In this document: piece by piece, positions 17,594-26,041 of the stretch | Layout of the letters: the number at the start of each line of letters is the position of its first letter | How positions within the stretch are numbered: position 1 is the first letter of the stretch | DNA from: an uncultured Candidatus Saccharibacteria bacterium | Lineage (GTDB): Bacteria > Patescibacteriota > Minisyncoccia > Minisyncoccales > UBA10102 | Reading direction: 5' to 3' | DNA length: 28,420 bases | Assembly (NCBI GenBank): GCA_964485065.1 | Contig: CAZAHG010000001.1 | Span: forward strand, 1 to 28,420 | Program-made: the position numbers and the translations under genes | The notes under the pieces: model-generated | The model's database searches: none | Told to the model about the DNA's origin: nothing | What the model saw: the letters and a program-made list of their open reading frames with translations, nothing else

Positions 17594-18858
17594 GAGAATG
17601 CCGAAAGAAGCTTTGTAAGTCGTTCGTGATCGGGCGAAGGACCCACGAGCGCACAATTGAGTTTGGCTGGCTTGAATATGTCTTTTGCCAGCTGCAGCAC
17701 GTCGCCTTGCGTCACCGCGTTTATTCTATCATACACCTGCTCTACCATGCACGTTTCGCGCTCAAGAAGTTCCTGCAGGCCGTAAAAGGAAGCTTTTGCG
17801 TCTGAAGATTCGAGCGAGAGCGCAAGTTTTCCCCTCAAATTATCTTTTGCCTTTTGAAATTCTTCCGTGGGAATCTGTTCTGTGGCAATTTTCCGATATT
17901 CTTCCAAAATAACCTTCACCGCGTCTTCAACGTTTTCTTTTCTGACTCCGGCTGAGGTAATCACAAATCCCGTATCAGGATCGGCTTCGCTGTACGTTGA
18001 AACATAGTAGGCAAGGCCTCGTTTTTCCCGAACCTCTATGAACATCCGGGAGCTCATCATGCCTCCCAACACCGTAGCCAGAATCTCCTGGGCATAGCGC
18101 CGGGAATCGGAAAGCGGCAGCGCCCGCACACCCAGGCACAGGTGCACCTGGTCTGTGTTGCGATTTTCGGTTAGCAATCCGGGCTCCTTCTGTTCTTCTA
18201 TGACCGGCACCTTATGACGAAAATCTGCCGTTGGCACTGATTTGAATTTCTCCGCAACCCGTTCTTCTGCGTCTTTTGGAAGATTACCCGCAAGGCATAC
18301 AACCGTATTGGAAGCAACATACTGAGAGTTCATGTATGCAACGAGTCCCTGGCGCGTGAGCTGAGCGATGCTTTCCTTTGTTCCCACGATGTTCCAGCCG
18401 GCAGGCTGATCTCCATAGAGAAGTTGACGCCAGAGAATCTGCGCTCTGGACATGGGAGAATCGTTCCGCATGTGCAGCTCTTCTACCACTACCCCTTTCT
18501 CTTTCTCTATCTCTTCTGCGGGCAACAGAGAAGATAAAAAAATATCGGCCACCCAATCCAGGGCCAGTTCAAAATGGCGCGCATCAACCTTGGCGTAGTA
18601 TCCGGTATAGTCTTCGCCCGTAAATGCGTTGTAGGCTCCCCCAACCCGGTCCAGAACCTCCGCAACCGCAATTGGGGTGGGTCTCTTGGCCGTGCCCTTG
18701 AAAAACATGTGCTCTAAAAAGTGAGAGATGCCGTTCTGGTCTCTCGTCTCGTTCTTGGATCCCGTTCCCACAAGCACAAGCGCTGTGAGCGACTCTGAGT
18801 TTTCCTGCGGAAACGTAAGAACCCGCAATCCTGACGGGAGATTCGTTTTCTTAAGCAT
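17590..18858 (-). CDS. M16 family zinc peptidase
   Basis: GISHFLEHMFFKGT (HXXEH), YNAFT, EKGVVVEE, MSSRMFIEVREKRGLAYYV. Confidence 0.93.
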   Translation of the reverse strand: MLKKTNLPSGLRVLTFPQENSESLTALVLVGTGSKNETRDQNGISHFLEHMFFKGTAKRPTPIAVAEVLDRVGGAYNAFTGEDYTGYYAKVDARHFELALDWVADIFLSSLLPAEEIEKEKGVVVEELHMRNDSPMSRAQILWRQLLYGDQPAGWNIVGTKESIAQLTRQGLVAYMNSQYVASNTVVCLAGNLPKDAEERVAEKFKSVPTADFRHKVPVIEEQKEPGLLTENRNTDQVHLCLGVRALPLSDSRRYAQEILATVLGGMMSSRMFIEVREKRGLAYYVSTYSEADPDTGFVITSAGVRKENVEDAVKVILEEYRKIATEQIPTEEFQKAKDNLRGKLALSLESSDAKASFYGLQELLERETCMVEQVYDRINAVTQGDVLQLAKDIFKPAKLNCALVGPSPDHERLTKLLSAFS

Positions 18859-19165
18859 GGAGTTTTTTTTCAATCGTCTTTTCCACGTCCTTTATTTTTA
18901 CCCGCTCTTGCTTCATCGTATCTCTGTCGCGCAAGGTTACGTCGTCTTTCTCCAGGGTTTCAAAATCCACGGTGACGGCAAAAGGCGTGCCTATCTCGTC
19001 TTGCCTTCGGTAACGCTTTCCGATGCTTTGGGTCTCGTCGTATTCGCACACGAATTTTTCCGAAAGCTTTTCGTATAAAGGTTTGGCAACTTTTACCAAT
19101 TCTGGTTTTTTCGAAAGAGGCAGGATGGCAACCTTCACGGGAGCCAGCCACGCAGGGAATTTCAT
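18851..19165 (-). CDS. glyS: Glycine--tRNA ligase anticodon-binding domain, separate reading frame
   Basis: MKFPAWLAPVKVAILPL...YDETQSIGKRYRRQDEIGTPFAVTVDFETLE...VTLRDRDTMKQERV; ATG overlaps the upstream stop (TGATG). Confidence 0.85.
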   Translation of the reverse strand: MKFPAWLAPVKVAILPLSKKPELVKVAKPLYEKLSEKFVCEYDETQSIGKRYRRQDEIGTPFAVTVDFETLEKDDVTLRDRDTMKQERVKIKDVEKTIEKKLHA

Positions 19166-20223
19166 CACAACACGTTTGGCGCTCTCGCCTTCTTCCCGCC
19201 CTTCGGGGCGACCGCCGTGGGCGCCTGTTCTTCGTGATACGCTTCCAGCATTGCAACCAACACCGACCGGTCAACGCCCCATGTGGGTTCAATCACATGC
19301 GGCACAAATTTGTCTTTCGGATCCTCGGGGTTTGTATATGTACAATCAACTTTGCTTTCACGCATATGATTCTGCAGGTCGAAATCTCCCCGGTATGCCA
19401 AACCGTACAATTCTTCCTGCCCAAAAGGATATTCGTATTCGATATCCACGGTCCGCTTTGAGTAGTGCGCGCGTTCTCCGTCCGGGATATCGACGTAGTG
19501 AAGTTTCTTTTCCGAAACCCCAAGGTCCTTAAGCCACAGCTTCATCTCTTCCAGCCAATGTTCAAAATACTCCTCCCAATCTTTCTCGCGCACAAAATAT
19601 TCAATCTCCATCTGTTCAAATTCCCTGGTGCGGAAAATGAAGTTGCCGGGAGTAATTTCGTTGCGGAATACCTTTCCAACCTGCGCCAAACCGAAGGGCA
19701 CCCGGGGATGCATGGTATCCATGACATTCTTGAAATCCACGAACATCGCTTGCGCGGTTTCTGGACGAAAATATACCGTGCTTGCGCTATCTTCGCTTGA
19801 ACCTAAAAATGTCTTGAGCATTAGATTGAATTGAACGGCATCTGTCCACTCGCTCAAACCACAATTAGGACATGGGGGCAACGTCCATGATCCGGGTCGT
19901 TCTTCTGAAATACCGCCGATTTCATCTGGCCTGAATCGCCGATGGCACATGCGACATTCCACAAGCGGATCCTTAAAGTTCTTCAGGTGCCCTGACGCCT
20001 CCCAGACCTTGGGATTCATCAGCAAGGCGGCGTCAATGCCCATGACATCCTGGCGCTTTTGCACAAACCGTCTCCACCATTCCTGTTTAATGTTGTTCTT
20101 CAGTTCAACGCCAAGAGGGCCGTAATCCCACGTATTTGCCAGGCCTCCGTAAATCTCAGAGGAGGGAAATATAAATCCCCGGCGCTTGGCAAGAGAAACA
20201 ATATCCTGCATTGAAACTCCCAT
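19165..20223 (-). CDS. glyS: Glycine--tRNA ligase (alpha2 type), catalytic domain, frameshifted near its C-terminus
   Basis: LAKRRGFIFPSSEIYGG, WDYGPLGVELKNN, RPETAQ, FRNEITPGNFIFRTREFEQMEIEYF, VIEPTWGVDR; ends in out-of-frame residues ...KARAPNVL*. Confidence 0.9.
   Translation of the reverse strand: MGVSMQDIVSLAKRRGFIFPSSEIYGGLANTWDYGPLGVELKNNIKQEWWRRFVQKRQDVMGIDAALLMNPKVWEASGHLKNFKDPLVECRMCHRRFRPDEIGGISEERPGSWTLPPCPNCGLSEWTDAVQFNLMLKTFLGSSEDSASTVYFRPETAQAMFVDFKNVMDTMHPRVPFGLAQVGKVFRNEITPGNFIFRTREFEQMEIEYFVREKDWEEYFEHWLEEMKLWLKDLGVSEKKLHYVDIPDGERAHYSKRTVDIEYEYPFGQEELYGLAYRGDFDLQNHMRESKVDCTYTNPEDPKDKFVPHVIEPTWGVDRSVLVAMLEAYHEEQAPTAVAPKGGKKARAPNVL
19196..19212. repeat. 17-nt palindromic insertion (CGCCC-TTCG-GGGCG core) in glyS
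   Basis: Deleting it gives a continuous frame ...QAPTA-EEGESAKRVVMKFPAWL. Confidence 0.6.
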
Positions 20224-20241
20224 GACCCCACTCTACCATTT

Positions 20242-20287
20242 ATCCTTAACTCGGTTAAGCTGTGGATAACTAAACCGAGTTAAGGAT
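20242..20287. repeat. Perfect 15-bp inverted repeat with a consensus DnaA box (TGTGGATAA, 20261-20269) in the loop
   Basis: ATCCTTAACTCGGTT...AACCGAGTTAAGGAT; the loop contains the reverse complement of TTATCCACA. Confidence 0.75.
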
Positions 20288-21921
20288 TACTGGACGGGGA
20301 GATCGCTTGAAACACCGGGGGCGGTATCTGAGACCTGGCGCGAGGTGAACGCGTCCTCTCCTTCGGCTCGGGCCTCGTATATGAGCTGAGGAGCGGTTCC
20401 CCGCTGACCTAAACTGGGAATGAATTTTATCTGAAACGCGACCGATGAGACCCCGTCCTGCGTGCCAGCTCCTGCGGCAATATCGCCCACTCTCCATTCG
20501 ACTTCCCGGGTTTCTGAATTGTAGGAAAGCTGAGCCGATTGCGGCATTTGTTTTCCCGTGGGCTCCACTTCAGAGGGCAGGCTCGCTTTTACGACCACAT
20601 TTCTCGCATCGTTATACCTGCTGTCCACGCGCCAGATGACCGTATATGTGGTTGGAATGCCGACCTGAGGAGGAATGGGGCCTGTGTTTTCAAATGTTTC
20701 ATCCGCCAGCTGGCGGACAACTTTTTGCTCCAAATCCAGCTGGGTGTTCACCTTCACGTCAAACCTGTTCCTTGCGTTCTGAACGAGCACCGTATTGCGA
20801 ATAATGAAATTCTTTTCCCGCGAGTTTACCCTGCTCCATTCGTCTTTCACGTCTACAAAAAACTCTACCGTGCCTTCGTCTCCGGGCCCCAGGTATTGAA
20901 GCTGAGAAACGCCCGAATCATCCCACAGTATTGAAGCATCGCCCTGCCCAACCCGTCCCAGGGAAGCATTAATGGTAGACAGATCAAGCGCCCGGCCTTC
21001 AATGGTGGATATGAGCGAGAGGTTCTGGAGAGATTGGTCCGATAAATTGCGGAATGAAACTTCATAATGCAGCGTATCTCCCGGAGAAGCCACGTAGTCG
21101 GAAGACCCGTTCACTTTCTGAGTTACGAGCACCTGAGGGGTAGCAACCTCAATGGCCCTTGTCGATTCTTTGAGAACGAGAAAGGTTCCGTCTTTCCAGC
21201 TTCCGATAATAGCTGTAAACGTCTTTGCTTCTTTAAGATTTCCCTGCAGATGACCCCGAAGCGCAATCTTCCCTCCCTGTCCTTTATTGAGAAGGCCGAT
21301 ATTCCATTCGTTAGAACCCACGGAGGCGGGCACGGATGAAACAAATTCGAATCCCTCGGGATACTCCACCTTTAAAAGAAGATCGGAAAGCGGATAGTCC
21401 GAAGATGAATCATACGTGAGAAAAAAATCAAACTCTTTAAGGTTTTCGGCAGAACCCGGAAGGTCCCACTCCAAACGTACGGGACTTGAGGAAAGCAAGG
21501 TGACGCTGCTCGTTTGCGCCTCGTACTTTGCAGAAATGTTTCTGGGGCGGTACCAAAGCAATGCCTTCGCCTCTTTTCGCTCTCCCTGGCGCCCAAACAG
21601 CCGTCCTTTAAATTCAACTGTCTGTTCCTGGCCGGGATAGATATCTCCTAGCTCCTTGGTCACGCGCCTTTGATTTCCTTCGGCTGCCACGGACCCTGCC
21701 GGAAAATCAAACACCAGGGTGAGCTGCTCAAGGGAAAAATCGCTGTTGTTCTTGTATTTCACGACATACGTAATCTCTTCTCCCCCCGCGGCAGCATCCG
21801 GGGCAAGAATCTCCAGTTTCATGTATTCGCGGGAGTACGCATTTCTTTGCCAATACCAAGCCAATGTTCCTCCCATGAGGAGAGCCGCTATTCCCAGCAC
21901 AATAAGTACTTTCTTCGGCAT
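20287..21921 (-). CDS. Membrane-anchored surface protein with repeated beta-sandwich (DUF11/Ig-like) domains
   Basis: N-terminal MPKKVLIVLGIAALLMGGTLAWYW anchor; repeats such as GEEITYVVKYKN, GDTLHYEVSFRN, TTYTVIWRV. Confidence 0.7.
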   Translation of the reverse strand: MPKKVLIVLGIAALLMGGTLAWYWQRNAYSREYMKLEILAPDAAAGGEEITYVVKYKNNSDFSLEQLTLVFDFPAGSVAAEGNQRRVTKELGDIYPGQEQTVEFKGRLFGRQGERKEAKALLWYRPRNISAKYEAQTSSVTLLSSSPVRLEWDLPGSAENLKEFDFFLTYDSSSDYPLSDLLLKVEYPEGFEFVSSVPASVGSNEWNIGLLNKGQGGKIALRGHLQGNLKEAKTFTAIIGSWKDGTFLVLKESTRAIEVATPQVLVTQKVNGSSDYVASPGDTLHYEVSFRNLSDQSLQNLSLISTIEGRALDLSTINASLGRVGQGDASILWDDSGVSQLQYLGPGDEGTVEFFVDVKDEWSRVNSREKNFIIRNTVLVQNARNRFDVKVNTQLDLEQKVVRQLADETFENTGPIPPQVGIPTTYTVIWRVDSRYNDARNVVVKASLPSEVEPTGKQMPQSAQLSYNSETREVEWRVGDIAAGAGTQDGVSSVAFQIKFIPSLGQRGTAPQLIYEARAEGEDAFTSRQVSDTAPGVSSDLPVQ

Positions 21922-21931
21922 ATCTCTTTTA

Positions 21932-22522
21932 CTATGAAGTGAGGGCGACGGCGCGTTCAAGGTATGTGCGCGAAACCCGGGAAAGCTCTCTCTGTTCTTG
22001 CGCACCCAAGATCAGGGTTCTGATTTTCCAGAGTGGCTCTACGAGCAAAGACGTAACAAGGGGAGGGGGTACAGGAGCATACCCGCAGCGCGAAAGAAGA
22101 TTCCAGAGAAAGTGATAGTAGACGAGGAAAGATATGAGAGAGCGTTCTTCCGACACATTAAGGATATCTAATGCTTCCAGTAAATGCTTCCAAAGAACTT
22201 CGTCTTGTTCTTCGGTAAAACGGCAGCATAGAGCGGCAATCGCAAGGGCGCTTCTTAGGTTTTTTGCGTCGGAGCGAAGACTTTCATGCCGATTCTGAAG
22301 CATGACGTCTACCACTCTCCATATTTTCCCCTGCACAAACTCAATATGGGAGAACGAGAGAGGCTGAAGCGCTGCGCGGAGCTTCGATGCCGGTTTGCGA
22401 GCTCCCTTGGCGAGCAGACGCATTTTGCCGAATCGTTCCGTGAAACATACGCACCACAGGTCGTATTCTCCTCTGGCTTCTGTTTTTAGAACGACGGCTA
22501 AAGTGGAGTAGCGGCTGCTCAT
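21932..22522 (-). CDS. recO: DNA repair protein RecO (short)
   Basis: AVVLKTEARGEYDLWCVCFTERFGKMRLLAKGARKPASKLRAALQP OB-fold N-terminus; ATGA overlap with the ileS stop. Confidence 0.85.
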   Translation of the reverse strand: MSSRYSTLAVVLKTEARGEYDLWCVCFTERFGKMRLLAKGARKPASKLRAALQPLSFSHIEFVQGKIWRVVDVMLQNRHESLRSDAKNLRSALAIAALCCRFTEEQDEVLWKHLLEALDILNVSEERSLISFLVYYHFLWNLLSRCGYAPVPPPLVTSLLVEPLWKIRTLILGAQEQRELSRVSRTYLERAVALTS

Positions 22523-25500
22523 AAACGTATTCCTATCCATAATTTCCCGTCCTCCAAAACAAGTTCTTCTGCAACGGCTACTTCTTTCCGACCGGGTTTC
22601 ATCTGCCGAACGCCGGCACCTCGAGTTATCGTTGCCGCGTATTTTTCAAGGAGCGCCTGCGCACGAGAATCCCCTTCGTACCAAAGAAACACGCTTTGAG
22701 AAGGTATAAGGTTTGCCGCTTTTCGCATCTCCTGAATCCTGCGGACGATGTCCCGCACCGTGCCCTCTTCTCTAAGCTCTGGCGTGATCCTTGTATCGAG
22801 CTCAACTTCCTGCTTGAGAGTTTTCTCAAAGATCACATCTTTCACATTCACTTCCTCCTTGATGAGGTTGAGAAGCTCTGTTGAAAATTGAAAATTAGAA
22901 ATTGAAAATTTGAGCGAAGCGAGGGGTTGGCGCACTTTGATGCCGGCTTTTGCTCTCAACGCCAATGCTTTTGCCACAAGCTCGCGAAGCTGAACCATCT
23001 GGGTTTCCAGTTTGGGATCCAGGAAAGATCGGCTAGGTTCTGGCCAGAAAGCCATGTGCACGCTCTCTTTTTGCCCCAAACGCTCAAAAACAATTTCGCT
23101 CAGGAATGGAACAAACGGGGCTGCCAGGCGGCTTACGTTTTCCAGCACAAATCGAAGCACTCCGGAAGCTTTTAAAAGTTCTTTTTTAGAATGGGGAGAG
23201 AATCTCGTTCTTGATCTGCGAATATACCATTGAGAAAGATCTTCTCCTACGAAACTCTCCAGGGCGCGGCCGGCGAAGGTTATGTCGTACGCATCCATAG
23301 ATGACTTCATGTCTGCCGCAAGAAAGGATAGGCGGGAAAGAATCCATCTGTCTAAAATATGTTCTGCCTTTGGGGGTTCTGATTTGGACTTCTGCGATTT
23401 TGCTCCGTATGTCTCGTAGAACACAAGAGAGTTCCACAGGGGAAGAAGGAATTTCCTGATTGATCCTTCAATATGTTTCTTGCTGAATAATTTTGGGTCT
23501 CCCGGATGGTTTATGGTAAAGAAGTACCATCTGATTGCGTCGGCCCCGTACGCGTTTACGATCTCCCAGGGGTTTACGATGTTTCCTTTGGACTTGGACA
23601 TCTTTTCACCTTTTTCATCCAAGACATGGCCGAGAGCAATGACGTTTTTATAGGGAGCCTTAAATCCCAAAAGCGTGGCTACGGCAAGCAAGGTGTAGAA
23701 CCACCCCCGCGTCTGATCAATGCCTTCTACGATATAATCTGCCGGAAATTCCTTCGGCGGCATGAATTTTGGGTTTTGGGTTTTGGGTTTTGGGTTTTGT
23801 GCAAAGGGCATGGCTCCGGAATCAAACCATACATCCACCACTTCTTTCACCTTGACCATGTTTCCTTTCTTACATGTGTCGCAGAAAAACCAGCTGTTGT
23901 CCACGAACGGACGATGCAGATTTACTTCCATGCGATCGTCCAGAGGAAGACGAGTGAATGAAGTGGAACGCGTTTCTCCGACTCCCAGTCCTTTTTTTCT
24001 GTGCCACGCGATTGCTTCGTCACGAGTGAATCCTTTCATGGTGGCCTCCAGCATAGAAAATGGAAGTTCATGACCGATGAGAAGCATGCGCTTCCCTTTA
24101 TATTGTTTTTCAAGCCGGAGAATGAAATCGTAGGTGCGTTTCTGTACGTCACGCCAACTCTCCCCGCCTGGCATGGGATCGTCAAACCTCCTGCTGTAGT
24201 GTTCATGAGGGGTCTCTCCCGGCCTTCCCCATACCTTTCCAAGTTCGGTCACATGTCTCCCATTCAGCGCGCCAACGTTAAATTCGCGAAGCTCTGCTGC
24301 GATCTTTGGTTTTACCCCGACGATCTTCCCCACAATTTCTGCGGTCTGCCTGGTGCGCAGAAGATCTGAGGTGAAAATGAGATCAATCTTCTGTTTTTTC
24401 AGTTCTTTGGCTCTTTTTTCAACCTGCCGGCTTCCTTTCGGGGTAAGCGACATAGGGTTTTTCTCCGGCCAGCAGGACATAATGTCGGTAAGCTGGCGTT
24501 CTGAGTGGCCGTGGCGCATCAGAATGTAAGAATTGGAAGAGAATCGCTGAGAAGCCAGCTCTTTCACGGAGCCTATTACCGCGTACTTCTTGCATGCCAG
24601 GCATTCCCAGACTGGGAGCGGAGTGCCCCAATAGCGTTCCCTGGAAAACGCCCAGTCTTTTACCTCTTTAAGCCACTCTCCCATTCTTCCATTCTTTATG
24701 TGTTCGGGGATCCAATGAATTGTTCCGTTATTCTCCAAAAGACTCTTTTTCACCTTCTTCATATTCACAAACCAGCTTTCCTTTGCGTAGTACAGCAGAG
24801 GAGTGGAGCATCGCCAGCAGAATGGATACTCGTGTTCGTACTCTTCGGTTTTAAACAGGTTGCCGTTCTTTTCTAAAATTTCCAGAATCAAATCTTCGGT
24901 TTTTTTATCTTTTACGTACATGCCGTCCAGCCCCTGTCCTGCATGGGCAAACTTTCCCTGTTCATCAACGGTATGAAATTTAGGCAGACCAATTTTCGTT
25001 CCGAGATTATAGTCATCCTCTCCGTACATGACCGCGGTATGGACCACTCCCGTGCCGTCTTGGGTTGAAACAAAATCGGCATCATAAACCTTGTGTGATT
25101 TATCGGATTTTAATTCTTTAACATGAAATAGGGGTTCGTATGTAAGATTGATCAAATTCTTACCGGGGAGTATTGTTTCTGGCTTACCGCTCATCCCTAT
25201 GCTTTCTCTGCGCTCAGCCGCAATAATCAGATGTTCTCTGCCGGATTTCCACATTTCATATTCAATATCTTTTCCTACGGCAAGAGCAACATTCCCCAGA
25301 AGGGTCCACGGGGTGGTTGTCCAGGCAAGGATATAGGTATTCTCTGGAACGAGGGCTGAGCCCAATGGCTGACCGCTCTTCAGTTTGAACTTTACATATA
25401 CCGATTGTTCTCTCACTTGCTGGTAGCCCTGGGCAAGCTCATGAGAAGAAAGCGCGGTTCCGCATCGAGTGCAGTACGGCACAATCTTGAAACCTTTATA

Positions 25501-25998
25501 GAGGAGTTTTCTCTGAGAAAATTCTTTAATGATGCGCCAGAGCGTTTCAATATACTCTCTGGAATAGGTGATGTAGGGATTCTCGGTATCCAGCCAGAAT
25601 CCCACGCGCCAGGTTAACGCCTCCCAATCTTTCTTGAATTCCCAGACCGACCGCTTGCATTCTGCGTTAAACTTTGCGACGCCGTATCGTTCAATATCTT
25701 TCTTGGACTTCAGTCCGAGTTTCTTTTCAATCTGCAGTTCCACCGGCAAACCGTGCGTGTCCCATCCTGCCCTGCGCGGAACAAAAAACCCCCGCATGGT
25801 TTTGTAACGACACGTGACGTCTTTAAAAACGCGCGTGAGCACGTGGTGAAGGCCGGGTCCCGCGTTTGCCGTTGGAGGGCCTTCGTAGAAAATGAATCGG
25901 CGGGCTCCTTTTCTCAGCTTGAGAGATCGCTCAAAGGTTTTTTCTTTCTTCCATCTTTCCAATACCTGTTCTTCCAGCTTGGGAAAGTTCAAATCCAT
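22519..25998 (-). CDS. ileS: Isoleucine--tRNA ligase (type 2) with inserted histidine phosphatase domain
   Basis: True start MDLNFPKLEE at 25998; FYEGPPTANAGPGLHH, GWDTHGLPVE, WTTTPWTL, DWAFSRERYWGTP, WFDSGAMP, EGIDQTRGWFY, KMSKSKGN. Confidence 0.97.
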   Translation of the reverse strand: MDLNFPKLEEQVLERWKKEKTFERSLKLRKGARRFIFYEGPPTANAGPGLHHVLTRVFKDVTCRYKTMRGFFVPRRAGWDTHGLPVELQIEKKLGLKSKKDIERYGVAKFNAECKRSVWEFKKDWEALTWRVGFWLDTENPYITYSREYIETLWRIIKEFSQRKLLYKGFKIVPYCTRCGTALSSHELAQGYQQVREQSVYVKFKLKSGQPLGSALVPENTYILAWTTTPWTLLGNVALAVGKDIEYEMWKSGREHLIIAAERRESIGMSGKPETILPGKNLINLTYEPLFHVKELKSDKSHKVYDADFVSTQDGTGVVHTAVMYGEDDYNLGTKIGLPKFHTVDEQGKFAHAGQGLDGMYVKDKKTEDLILEILEKNGNLFKTEEYEHEYPFCWRCSTPLLYYAKESWFVNMKKVKKSLLENNGTIHWIPEHIKNGRMGEWLKEVKDWAFSRERYWGTPLPVWECLACKKYAVIGSVKELASQRFSSNSYILMRHGHSERQLTDIMSCWPEKNPMSLTPKGSRQVEKRAKELKKQKIDLIFTSDLLRTRQTAEIVGKIVGVKPKIAAELREFNVGALNGRHVTELGKVWGRPGETPHEHYSRRFDDPMPGGESWRDVQKRTYDFILRLEKQYKGKRMLLIGHELPFSMLEATMKGFTRDEAIAWHRKKGLGVGETRSTSFTRLPLDDRMEVNLHRPFVDNSWFFCDTCKKGNMVKVKEVVDVWFDSGAMPFAQNPKPKTQNPKFMPPKEFPADYIVEGIDQTRGWFYTLLAVATLLGFKAPYKNVIALGHVLDEKGEKMSKSKGNIVNPWEIVNAYGADAIRWYFFTINHPGDPKLFSKKHIEGSIRKFLLPLWNSLVFYETYGAKSQKSKSEPPKAEHILDRWILSRLSFLAADMKSSMDAYDITFAGRALESFVGEDLSQWYIRRSRTRFSPHSKKELLKASGVLRFVLENVSRLAAPFVPFLSEIVFERLGQKESVHMAFWPEPSRSFLDPKLETQMVQLRELVAKALALRAKAGIKVRQPLASLKFSISNFQFSTELLNLIKEEVNVKDVIFEKTLKQEVELDTRITPELREEGTVRDIVRRIQEMRKAANLIPSQSVFLWYEGDSRAQALLEKYAATITRGAGVRQMKPGRKEVAVAEELVLEDGKLWIGIRL
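22879..22913. repeat. Tandem heptamer (AATTGAA-like)x4-5 in ileS
   Basis: tgttgaa aattgaa aattaga aattgaa aatttga; encodes LKFSISNFQFSTE. Confidence 0.8.
23767..23801. repeat. Tandem heptamer (TTTTGGG)x4 plus TTTTGTG in ileS
   Basis: Four perfect units; encodes AQNPKPKTQNPK after WFDSGAMPF. Confidence 0.9.
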
Positions 25999-26041
25999 AT
26001 CCTGCAATCTATCATTATTTCCCCGTATTTTCAATTTAGAG

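Noticed and set aside
18395-18410. CAGCC-GGCA-GGCTG mini-palindrome in the M16 peptidase
   Set aside because: Encodes DQPAGW at a normal, non-inserted position of the fold; likely coincidental.
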